Assembly (NCBI GenBank): GCA_964199315.1
Contig: OZ116699.1
Coordinates: 27,032,001 to 27,096,000, forward strand
Direction of reading: 5' to 3'
From: Orbicella franksi
Taxonomy: Eukaryota
Length of the DNA: 64,000 bases
Below, in pieces: positions 52,590 through 64,000 of the stretch. A program made the position numbers and the translations under genes. The first letter of the stretch is position 1. Every line of letters begins with the position of its first letter. The notes beneath the pieces are model-generated. The model did no database searches and had not been told where the DNA came from. It saw only the letters and a list, made by a program, of their open reading frames with translations.

Positions 52590-55500
52590 CATATTGCTGG
52601 TAATAATGATGATGATGATGTGTGTAATTTAATACTTTATGCTAATAAAAATTTTTGTATGGCACATTTTTTTTGCACTGCCTTTTTTTTACAGTTGGGG
52701 CATTTACAATGGACATGTCTCCACATGGCTTAGGAGGTACATAACATAACCACAACAAACATTTTTTCCATAATGGTTTTCTATCACATTTTCAAATAAT
52801 GCAAAATGTAATGTTTGTTTTTAGGGGTCTCCAGTAGAGAGTGTCGCGTGAATGAAGTGTTTAGATGCGAATCCGCTGTTCAGGCATCCTGTGTCAATGT
52901 TCAGGAACGGTTACCATCTTTTTTAAACCACAGTTTTGAAGAGGTAAATGAGAGCACATTTTGACAAACACTTTTTATTGGGCTATCAGGATTAACCTGA
53001 ACTTGGATTATCGTAATAAAGTTCAAGTTCAAAAATGACATTCGGGCAATGATGGTGGAAAATTCATCTGTCTTCCATTTATTCACTCACTCAATCACTC
53101 ACCCCCTCCCCCCACCTGACCGCCCACCTGCCCGCTTGCTCGCTCGCTCACTCATTCTTTCATTCATTCATTCATTCAATCAGACCAACGTCTCCCTTTG
53201 GAGAATTAGAAGCAATAAAGATACATGTATATTGTTGCTGTTATAGTCAATCTGTCAGTCGGTCAGTCAATCTTTAATTAATCTATTTGCTTTCTTTTTT
53301 AAATAAAAAAACTTAAGAGCAGCACACAGCAACTTGCCTTGTATAACTGAGTTTATTAATCGACCGGCTTCGTATGCTACTGAGACTTCATCAGGATAAA
53401 ACTACAAGATACATAAATGGAACTTATTTTATACTAGAGCTTTGTAGTACAAATAACGTTCCAATTAGGGTGTGAACAACAAAACACCTACAAGAAATAC
53501 GTGCGGGAAATGACTAAAATCCTGTGCTAGAAAGTGGGCGATTTATGTGGGGGTTTTAATGTTGAAACCGTGAGCCCCCAATTTAAAATTGTGATTATTG
53601 CATAGTTAAACTTGTTCTTGTTCTGGATTTACAAATACATGTAGCTATGCTGGCAGGCTCGTGAGGATAAAAAACCTGTAGTGGCACTATTACTGCGCCC
53701 CAATACAACTTTGCATGGGAAATTGAATGAGGCAACGTTGAGGTTTGGATGTACATTGTATAGTATTATTGTACTGTTTGTTGTTAATTCAACCAGATAT
53801 TTGATTGCAAAATAATACAGCTTAATGTAATTTCAAAAGAAATCAACATTATGATTTGTCCACCATTTCCCATGGAAAAAAAAACATATTTTTTTTGGAG
53901 GAAGGAGTAAAGAAAAATTCTGAAAAAATAAAATCTACAAGGTATCCGTTACAAGTCTGAAGTCCATTATCTGGACTTTTTTCTGAGTACTAATAAACCA
54001 TAGGACAACATTAAACTGTCTTTCCTTTTTGTTACTGCATGAAGGTGTGAATTCTGGAGCAATAATCAATATTATGTAAAGGTGTGCATCAATATAAATT
54101 CATGAAAAATTTCCTGAACAAAAAACTTTCTTTGGCCATGCTCAGCACTGAATTTAGGATCAGTAAATAATTGCACAAAGAAATCAAAGGCCTTTAGGCT
54201 ATGACTATTTTGCACGATGAAGTACATGCATGAGTATATGCAGAAAGATGAAAATGTTTTGGCTTTGTTGCAAAAAAAATTTTTTTTTTACATTTGTCCC
54301 TTACATGTATTTAAACCTCAGGACTCGGGCGTGCAAACGCACAAATTTTTTCTTTTTCTTTTTCTTTTCCCTCTGATGTGATATTTCTTTCTTTTTCCCC
54401 CAAGAAGTTAATAAGTGCTTTCCATTTATAATAATTTATTATTTTGCTCGACATTCATGCATTGCATGCATCATGTTATTAAACACATTTCATTCGACCA
54501 CATTTTTCTCTTCGTCAGCGGAAATACAAGCAAAAGTTTACGACCCAAGGAAGGAAAGAAGGATCGACCGATCAACCAACGGAACAACCAACTTATATAA
54601 TAATAAATTTTAAATTTTACTGTATATGCACACTTTTTAAAACTAACTCAGCTGTTATCATTTTGTCAAGGGTTTTTCAGAGGGTACTTGGGCAATGCCA
54701 GGAAGGTTGGCTCTTCTGGATTGCGGAAACAACATCCAAAGATGGCCAAGAAGGTTGGTTAAACATAAACATAGTTAACAAGGAATTTCCTGAAACCCTT
54801 TTAACAGTAAGCCAAATTGTATTTGTATGACATCTCAAAAGTGTGATAGCAAGTTCTGTTAATGAAACTGCTTTTCTGCTTATCCTAACACTTCCTTGTC
54901 CTTTTTAATTAAACAGCACTCAAATTGTATGGGAACAGAAGTAATGATGTGGACCAGTTGATATTTTTAACTCCATCAGCCGGAAGAAATCTCACCTTCA
55001 TTGAGCGGATTGAAGGTGACACAATTTTTGACATTGAAATCAGTATGGTTTGCTCTGAAAACTTAACCACCCTCATTTTGTTACCTGATAAATAATTTTC
55101 CAAAATTGTTTTGTATTGATCTGCATTTTTAAAGTATAACTTACATATTGTGTACCCCCAACCCATTTGTGATTTATTTGTTCCCCAGCGAAAAGCTTTT
55201 CAAAAGGTTTTGTTTGGTGCCTATGTGGTATTTTACATATTGAAATGGGCTACTACAATGTAAGCTGGCTAACAGTTTGGAGTTAACACTGCTTTTGTTC
55301 AGAGCCTTTAATGGGTTTGAAAGTGTATGAGTAACATATCTTTATTAAAAGAACATATCTTTAAAAGATAAAATGCTGTAAGAAGATTATTAAAACATTT
55401 TTTTTGAATTGAGCTTTTCCCTGCCAGTATACAGCCTTTATAAAAAAGGACTGTTTCTTTTAACTGTGTTTGTTAACATTGGTCCTGAAAAGCCCTGTTA

Positions 55501-58500
55501 ATAATTTTACTATTTTGAGGTTACGTCTTAGATTTAAAACGTTTTTTTTTTTCAGAGAGTATGAATGAGTTTTAGAAAAAATCAGAAATCTTCTATCTTC
55601 CAACAGACATTTTCCAAAGTAGGCTTGCAAGGAGTAATAGTTAAAAATATATAAACCTTTCATGTTGTTTATTTGTAAATCAATTGCAGCATCAGATATG
55701 GACGACTATGATTGGCTGTCCCATTCAACAATGAGCATATGTGAGCGAGCAACCTTTATGATTGAATTGCTTGCATTAGAGAGGTAATTTCATTGCTTTC
55801 TTGAATTATTATGTAGTGTAACTTACATATCACAGACACCATATTTAACAACCAATCATAAATAACAGTCTAATCATTGAGCACTCATTTCATGCATGAT
55901 TAAGGCAAATTTGGTGTAAATTTCTATACTTAGAGCAAAACTTGCAAGATGGCATGAGGAGAGACGCGAGCAAGAGCGCCAGCTTGCAGCATGTGAGGGA
56001 ACTGATCAGTCATCAGACAAAGTTAGTATTCAAACAACAAATGCTACCAGTTATTGAAGAAAAAATGTTTTACTTAGTGGACTTTAAAACACCTTTAAAG
56101 CACGACAAAAGGAAAGATGCAGAGTGCTGCAGATTTAAAAACTCAATTCTACTCCAGTGACATGGCAATAAATACAACAATTTTAATGATAAACATGAAA
56201 TGTTCATTATGTCCCTGAAGGGAATCAAACCCATGGCCTCCCAGATACTGCTATGATCAGCAATGTATACAGGACGCATGCCACATACCAACCCAGTAAA
56301 ATTGCCCAGCTCTCCACAAGTGTCTCCTAGCTCAGAGGTATCTGAGAGTTCATGGCATCTATTCCCATTGGGGACTCAGATTTTCTCTTAATCCCTTGCC
56401 CATGGCATAATGAAAATTTCATCTTTATCATTTATCATTGGGCTTTAAATTTGTCTCTTTAGTATTTATTACAAACAAATAATGTCTGTTGGTCAAACAC
56501 AGGAGCATGAGCATGAAGTGCAGCAGGAGAACAAAACAGAGAAAGATGACAAAGAGCTGCAAAAACTGTCTCAAACAGAAGTGATTGTAAGTTTTCAAAC
56601 AACAGATACTGTCTATTGAAGAGTGTATTTTATTTAACTCACAATAATGTACATATGGAAATTACATGTGTAACTTAATAGGCTGGCAACGATTAATAAG
56701 GGAAATAATTAATGAAAAACATTATTTTAATTGTTTTCGTCTGTCTAAATAAGAGAGGAAAGAAGAAAACGTGTGGCTCCAGAGCCCAAAGAAGGCATTG
56801 TTATTGCCCTTCGCTTTGGTGAAATAAAAGCAAGGCGGAAGTTCAAGGAAACAGCTCTGTTTCAGGTTTATACAATACTCTACATTAAAATTATGTGTAA
56901 CCAAAGGAAGCCATTGGTGGTCTGTAAAACATGTAATTAGGAGCTGGCACTCATACTCACTCACTCATTTCATACTTGTTATTATATTTAATTTTACCTA
57001 GTATGCTTATACAATACTTAACTAAGCATATCTAAACTTGAGCGAGGCATAACCCTGCAAGCATAATTACCACATACCAACAACATTTAACTATCTCCTC
57101 CCTAGACCTTTTCCTCTCTTATTTGTTCTTTTGTCTTAATATTTGGCCTGTACCTGACAGGTTTTGAGAAGATTTTACTTTTGTCTATGTGAATAACAGG
57201 AAGTATATGACTGGGCAGGGGGTATGGGATGCATGCCACTCCACTTTACCCTGCAACGGCGAAACAAAGTGGTGTTGCACTTGGACCCCATAGAGGGACA
57301 TGAGGTCCTCGATGTTTATGGAAGAGTAAGTAGATTCTCTAGCATTATGTCAAAAATCTAAGTTACATGTTATCCAACAGAGAACTTAAGAAATGGTGAT
57401 TGAACACTGACATACCAATGTGAGGTTCTGTACTGTAATTTATCAGCCATCTTGCACTCATTGTGCAACCCAAGTGTGAAGTATGATAGTCACCTATAAA
57501 TTTAGGAAAGAATGCAAGTATCAAAATAAAAATACAGTGCAACCCTGATAACTTGAAATCTGAACGGAAGTGAAAATCAGTTCGAGTTAGCAGGGTTTCA
57601 AGTTATCTGGGTCTTAATCCAATATTCCATTTGACAATTAAAAAGCTGATACATAACTGATCTCATCAGGAACTGTAACATGATCATACATTCGTGAGAT
57701 GAGATTGAGAAATGACTGTCAAATAATTATATGATTTTGTACTAATTAATTAATTAATTAATAGCAAATTGTTGTGGTGTTACTTTTAGTGTTTGAATCG
57801 GATTATGTGACAAAAAAGTTAAATAGGGGATATTTCAATGAGCACCCCTGGCAAGTTTCAAACATACGAATGCATTAATAATAAAATTTGAATATAGAAT
57901 CTGACATGTGCATATTTGAGTGCACCTACTCTTAAGAATTCCAGAATAATCTTGATAGAACATAACCTGAGATATCATTACAAAGGTTCCATACTCTGTA
58001 CTTATCTCATATTTCTCAACATTTTCCAGGAAGAGGCAGAAGTCAAGACACTTTTAAATTGTGAGGTAGGGAAAATTTCATAAATGAGTAATAACTGTGA
58101 TTATGACACCAGGTAAAACTAAAACGACATTAACATAACATGAATAAGGACATACATCCAAAAATCTTTTTTAGTGAGGCTACGAGTTAAGCATGCTACA
58201 ATGTAAAAATTGGGATTAATTTCTTGTCCTCAGTGCCACAAAACCCTTCCCAGCCATGAAACTCAAGGAAGACTGACACTACTAACTCTCCAGGGACAGG
58301 ACTTTTCTATAGCCCGATACTTGGGGTAGACTGACACTACTAACTCTCCAGGGACACGGCCCTTCTAGAGCCCTGATATTTGAGGGAAGACCGAAACTAC
58401 TAATTCTCCACCGACGGGACTTTTCTAGAGCTAAGATACTTGGGGAAGACTGACACTACTAACTCTACAGGGACGAGGCCCTTCTAGAGCCCCGATACTT

Positions 58501-61500
58501 GGGGGAAGACTGACACTACCAACTCTCCAGGGACGAGGCCCTTCTAGAGCTCTGATACTTGGGGGAAGACTGACACTACCAACTATCCAGAGACGGGGCT
58601 TTTCACTTGGGACAGACCAACCTGACTGGTTCCCTTGGGACAAGGCTCTTTTGGAGCATCGACACTTGGGACAGACCAACCTGACTGGTTCCCTTGGGAC
58701 GAGGCTCTTTTGGAGTATCGACACTTGGGACAGACCAACCTGACTGGTTCCCTTGGGATGAGGCTCTTTTGGAGTATCGACACTTGGGACAGACCAACCT
58801 GACTGGTTCCCTTGGGACGAGGCTCTTTTAGAGCATCGCCACTTGAGACAGACCAACTTGACTGGTTCCCTTGGGACGAGCCCTTTTAGAGCATTGACAC
58901 TTGGGACAGACCAATTTGACTGGTTCCCTTGGGACGAGGCTCTTTTAGAGCATCGACACTTGGGACAGACCAACTTGACTGGTTCCCTTGGGACGAGGCT
59001 CCTCCAGACCATCGACACTTGGGACAGACAAACTTGACTGGTTCCCTTGGGACGAGGCTCTTCTAGAGCATTGACACTTGGGACAGACCAACTTGACTGG
59101 TTCCCTTGGGACGAGGCTCTTCTAGAGCATTGACACTTGGGACAGACCAACTTGAATGGTTTCCTTGGGACGAGGTCTCTTCAAGAGCCCCGATACTTGG
59201 GGGAAAACTGACACTACCAACTCTCCAGGGACGAGGCCCTTCTAGAGCCCTGATACTTGGGGGAAGACTGACACTACCAACTACCCAGAGACGGGGCTTT
59301 TCACTTGGGACAGACCAACCTGACTGGTTCCCTTGGGACGAGGCTCTTTTGGAGCATCGACACTTGGGACAGACCAACCTGACTGGTTCCCTTGGGACGA
59401 GGCTCTTTTGGAGTATCGACACTTGGGACAGACCAACCTGACTGGTTCCCTTGGGACGAGGCTCTTTTAGAGCATCGCCACTTGAGACAGACCAACTTGA
59501 CTGGTTCCCTTGGGATGAGGCTCTTTTAGAGCATTGACACTTGGGACAGACCAATTTGACTGGTTCCCTTGGGACGAGGCTCTTTTAGAGCATTGACACT
59601 TGGGACAGACCAACTTGACTGGTTCCCTTGGGACGAGGCTCTTTTAGAGCATCGACACTTGGGACAGACCAATTTGACTGGTTCCCTTGGGACGAGGCTC
59701 TTTTAGAGCATCGACACTTGGGACAGACCAATTTGACTGGTTCCCTTGGGACGAGGCTCTTTTAGAGCATCGACACTTGGGACAGACCAACTTGACTGGT
59801 TCCCTTGGGACGAGGCTCCTCCAGAGCATCGACACTTGGGACAGACCAACTTGACTGGTTCCCTTGGGACGAGGCTCCTCCAGAGCATCGACACTTGGGA
59901 CAGACCAATTTGACTGGTTCCCTTGGGACGAGGCTCCTCCAGACCATCGACACTTGGGACAGACTAATTTGACCGGATCCCTTGGGACAAGGCTCTTCTA
60001 GAGCATTGACACTTGAGACAGACCAACTTGACCAGAACACCCACTAACACCAACACTAACACCCTAACACTACCAATTAGCACTAACACTAACACCCTAA
60101 CACTAGCAATTAGCACTAACACTAACACTAACACTTACAGAAATACTAACAGAAACACTAACACTGACACTATTATTAACAATAACAATTACATTAACAC
60201 TAACACTTACAGAAACACTAACACTAACACTAACACTTAAAGAAACACTAACACTAACAGTAACAATATTATTAACACTTAAAACATCAACGTTAACTGC
60301 ATCAACACAAGCATCAACAACAACAGAAAAAGTAACAATAACGGAACGATTAACACTAACAGTGACAATGACAGAAAAAGGCTACCCCAACACTGACAGT
60401 GGTTAATAGTGATTTCAGTGGTTACAGTGTCAATAGGCAACTGTAGGCATCTTAAGGGAGGTGGGCTGCTCAAATGGAAAAAAATGGCTAACTTTGTTTC
60501 AGTGATGGTTACAACATATTGTATTCCATCATTGAAACAAGTTATCCGTGACTCCTTTGAACAGCACACTTCCCTTCCTTACCTTGACTTGCAGGTCTCC
60601 TTCAGAGGAAATTTCCCTCAAGGTGAATTACAAGATGTAACACTATCTGCTACACTACTGGGTAAGTAAAAATCAACTCTTTATGCATTCTCAGAGACCC
60701 AGGAGCAGATGGCCAAGTCAGGAGGAAGTCAAATGGGTGCAATCGTTCGTGAAAACTTACCTTCACATCACTTTCACCCATTCGACTTCTTCCTGACCTG
60801 ACTATCTGCTGCTGGGACTCAAAGGATTCTTTTTACGATACAGAATTCTTTGTCTTCTAACCCTAATTATCCATACTCAATGAATAAGTGTGGTTAAGAG
60901 ACAAAGGAATTTAATTTTTACCTGAATTTAATTTTTAACTACAACATATACAAAACTGTAAATAGAACCTATTAAATCCAAGGTTAATCTATACTGAAGG
61001 CTAGAGTTGAGCTAAGAAAAATGATAGCATACCTCAGAATACAGTCGGTGAACTAACAAAGGCTGACTTAAAAATTCCCAAGCCAATCATAAATCATGTT
61101 TATCTGATCATAATCGGCAAATAATGACATTACATTAATAACATTGGAAGGCTAAAAATAGAAAATAACAAAAAGAGAAGAAGTGAATGGACTAACAAAA
61201 AATTGTACATTTTTATAACAGATGAGCCTCAAAAAGGAATCGAGGAGAAAGCACAGGAAAGAGAAAGAGAAAATGGAGACAAGGACAAAGAAAAAGAAGA
61301 AAAAGAAACAGACGAACAAGAAATAGAAAAGGAGGAAGAACAAACGGAAGAAGCAAAAAAGGAAGGAGAAACAGAAAAAGGAATAGAAGAAGAAATGGAA
61401 GAAACTGAAGGAGAAAACGAAAAAGTCCTAGAGAAAGAGGAATATAAGGAAGAGAAGAGCAGAAAAAGGAAACGAAAAAAGGACAGGAGAACAACTGCAG

Positions 61501-61535
61501 AAAGAAAAAAGGCAAAGCTTTTAAAAGCTGATTAA
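48651..61535 (+). CDS. Multi-exon gene for a divergent FAF1/FAF2-like UAS - coiled coil - UBX protein with Thr-rich linker and acidic/basic tail (possibly decaying)
   Basis: Candidate exons 48651-48940, 49111-49250, 50443-50895, 51731-51793, 51892-51954, 52330-52368, 52695-52736, 52825-52909, ~53645-53742, ~54682-54753, ~55690-55782, 55934-56021, 56503-56586, ~56757-56865, 57200-57325, 58030-58065, 60595-60661 and 61222-61535. UAS-like AREDKKPVVALLL..GWLFWIAETTSKDGQEA; coiled coil ERAKLARWHEERREQERQLAA; UBX-like PEPKEGIVIALRF..ARRKFKETALFQEVYDWAGG..PLHFTL. Three junctions do not close with the best canonical acceptor. Confidence 0.65.
49585..49680 (-). mobile_element. LINE 3' end with a (TAAA)n tail
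   Basis: (ATTT)n run at 49585-49618 adjoining a short hairpin-like body; family not determined. Confidence 0.4.
50525..50800 (+). repeat. Coding 48-bp (16-aa) tandem repeat, ASTTTPVTSAIPANTT-like, about 6 units
   Basis: actgcttcaaccactacaccagtcaccagtgccatccctgccaac recurs in frame in exon 3. Confidence 0.85.
51355..51515 (+). mobile_element. SINE 3' part
   Basis: gggggtaaccctgtgatggactagcatcccatccaggggggaatagaaatactgctagt..ggataagctccagcctgatgggccact, a common cnidarian SINE body (from recall). Confidence 0.6.
58268..60030. repeat. Composite minisatellite (60-61 bp and 59 bp units) with a ~698-bp higher-order repeat
   Basis: Type A (tacttgggggaagactgacactaccaactctccagggacgaggcccttctagagccccga): about 6 units, then 2 units. 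Type B (cacttgggacagaccaacctgactggttcccttgggacgaggctcttttggagcatcga): about 10 units from 58604 and about 12 from 59302. Confidence 0.95.
60035..60370. repeat. Degenerate (TAACAC)n simple repeat
   Basis: aacactaacact tracts directly after the satellite. Confidence 0.85.
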
Positions 61536-63047
61536 AAAAAAAAATTATACCTAATGTTACAAAAGCTGTGGGTAATTAATTTAATTTCACCTTTTTTTTA
61601 ATTGCAATGAGTTATATTTCTTGAGTGATTAATTATAAACAATTACATAGTTATCTAGGTGGTTTATTATTAAGTATATCACTGTTAAGATAAAGGAAAG
61701 TAGCTTGGAGACATATATTGCAATTGAACGTTGGAATTGTAAAATTATAAAAGCTGCCAGTAATTTATATTGTGAAAAAGCAAGTGTACATGTGGAAGGG
61801 CATGTCCAGTGTTCTTGAATGATTAGTTTAGGAGTAAAAAAAAGTAATAAGTAGTACTAAGTACTAAGTGCATGGTTTGTGTACTTCAGCAATGAAAATC
61901 TAGTTGTGTATAGTTAGAGATACGTTTAAGTAAGTTAATTTTATGTTTGTTTCTTTCTTTGATCAAGTCTTATGTGCTGTAAATGTAGAAACAAAAGCAA
62001 AGGTTGATAGTAGTTGCTCATAATCCTAATTTCTTCACCTTTTCCTTTTAGTTACATGTACATGTATTGGTTTGGAATTACTACATTGTCTGCCTCCTTT
62101 ATGATCCGCCAGGGTGTTTAGTTTGGTTTTTTTTTTTTACACTCAAATGAAAACTGTCATAGACTTCAATTTAATAATTAATTACTTCATTTTAATAATT
62201 TGTCTTCATTGTATATTATTTGTTAACATTTGTTGCACCTGAACACAATGTGCAAGTTATAGTTAAAGTAATAAAAGATGCAGGTAACTGATTTAAATTC
62301 ACTTTTTTTAAATTGCAATGAGTTGTAATTCATGGAGTTATTTCAATTAACCTGATGAATATAGAACATATGTAGTTTTCATTATCTAGTTTAACCATGT
62401 TTTGAAATAGGAATGTAATTAACTGATATTTGTTGCAACTGAACATAGCTAGTTAAAGTCAGAAAAGCTGCAAGTAATTTATTTCATTATAACTTTATCA
62501 ATTATGAGAAATATTTTTTTCCGGATGAGTGATTTCTATCTCTGATTATCTCTAGGTAAGAGACTTTGTTGTTAGTAGCCTTTTTTTAAATTTCTAACTT
62601 AATATTTTTACTGATAAGTATATGTTGGCAATAAACGTTCTCAGCAGATATGAACCGTTGCATGTACTTGTTATTGTGTGACTTTTTTTGTACACTTGTC
62701 GCTAGCTACTCTGGAGTGGCAGGGAGGGTAGGTGGATGGGAAGATGACAATGCCATGCCTCACTGCAAGTCTTCTTTTTGACCCAGGACAATACCTGACA
62801 AATTATTATTGTTTTATGCCCCATTTTACAGAGAGTTGCAACCTGCATATAACATACTATCATGAAGATTTTCCCAAAAAAAGCTTAAGCTTACTTGAAC
62901 TTGCAAAAACCTTATAGTAAGCTTGAAATTTAATTACACACCAGCACAGACTCTGCCTTTGCACAAGAATAAAAACCCGAATATGTTGTCTGCAAAGTAT
63001 CAAAAGAGGCAGTTCCTTACCTAGTCTTATTCTCTTTACATTTGAAC

Positions 63048-63874
63048 AATTTAATTCTTAACTACAACATACTTTTAAGAATTTTAAATATATACATTAT
63101 TTAAAGAGGAGAATATACATGACCGTTACTTTTAAAGCTGAGCCGAATAAGTACTTACACATATTAATTTACATTTTATCTATACTTGCTGCCAGACCCT
63201 TACTGGTAAATTTTCCCAACGAAACTTACTTCAAGTTCGAGCTCAAACGAATGAGGCCCATGTTACATACACGGCAAAGTCCAACGGAAATACTTATTTC
63301 GGCTGTACAATTTCTGGATCCCATTTTCTTTCTACGAGGGGCTCACAAACAACGAGAAATAGTTTCTTCACCAGTCTACCTCGGGTGAGATGTCACGTTA
63401 TCTGTACCAGTCTCTTTTTACTATCGAAAATCAAACGTATTGAACAAGACGATTTTTATCGAACTCCATAACAATCCACCTCGATGAAAAGGAATCCAAC
63501 TCGATAAAAAGAACTCCACCTCGATAAAAGTAATCCACCTCCATAACAAGTCGATTAAAAGTAATCCACCTCGATTAAAAGTAATCGACCTCGATGTAAA
63601 AATCATCGTGGTGGATGTAATTGTATCGTGCACGAATTGTTTTTCGTACTCGATCATATTTTATCATGGTCGGTTGCCCAGAAACAAAAATTGATCCCTT
63701 AAATTTTGGGTGGCCGCTTAATAGGGGTAAAGACAATAATGAAACCCTTATCGGAATGACCAAATGATGGCCGTGGAGGTAACCGGTCCCGGGGGGGGGG
63801 GGACACTGCCATATATGGGTGATATAGGTATGTGCCGCTGTGAAGGGTATGGTTTTCAAGCAGTTTACCCTAGG

Positions 63875-63908
<34 letters not shown>

Positions 63909-64000
63909 GTAGGGTATCATTTTTCACAAAACTGACTGGTTGGTTGAAGATTTTATCTTGAGTAAGGAAACCAGGAATTGCCACTCAAAAATATAAAACA
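63048..64000 (-). repeat. Right arm of the long inverted repeat; continues beyond the window
   Basis: aaccggtccc at 63781-63790 is the reverse complement of gggaccggtt at 35592-35601; the match runs to the window end. Confidence 0.95.

Noticed and set aside
55690-56021. KDZ/Zisupton transposase (RWxEE-like motif)
   Set aside because: No DGNF/CxC catalytic core was found; the segment fits better as the coiled coil between the UAS-like and UBX-like regions.
58604-60030. CRISPR-like array
   Set aside because: Units are contiguous near-identical 59-mers with no unique spacers, there are no cas genes, and the context is a eukaryotic intron.
58431-60040. Cys-rich ORFs (VCPKC..) on the minus strand
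   Set aside because: Translations of the satellite; 59 is not a multiple of 3, so frames shift every unit.
60035-60370. True telomere
   Set aside because: The unit is TAACAC rather than TTAGGG/CCCTAA, it is degenerate, and it is internal to an intron.
60695-60736. Extra exon of the UBX gene
   Set aside because: Would need a 33-nt intron; 60661 splices in phase directly to 61222.
61152-61515. Hydrophobic minus-strand ORFs
   Set aside because: Antisense of the purine-rich Glu/Lys exon; similar shadows occur at 1228-1572.
35383-64000. Polinton/Maverick or endogenous virus
   Set aside because: No protein-primed polB, retroviral-type integrase, packaging ATPase or capsid ORFs are seen, and the enclosed genes are intron-rich.

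Overview
Eukaryotic, AT-rich, intron-rich and MITE-dense DNA; the repeat families and gene content suggest a cnidarian, probably a scleractinian coral (inference). All real genes are spliced, so the ORF track shows only fragments. Left half: the 3' end of cortactin (19-2351, +), a complete NWD2-like DUF4062-NACHT-WD40 gene (6671-17769, +), a repeat-rich spacer, and a TE-riddled FGFR/RET-type kinase pseudogene (27170-33470, +). The most notable structure is in the right half: a ~26.6 kb block lies between two >=1 kb inverted arms (35383-36406 and 63048->64000, the right arm running off the window). The block carries an intact 5-exon TRAF-like gene (-), an intact 3-exon Merlin/ISXO2-type DDE transposase (-), and a ~16-exon divergent FAF1/FAF2-like UAS-coiled-coil-UBX gene (+) with a composite satellite in one intron. 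This may be a giant cargo-carrying DNA transposon with ubiquitin/TNF-signalling genes; an inverted segmental duplication is the alternative. All domain calls are by-eye motif recognition, not database results.
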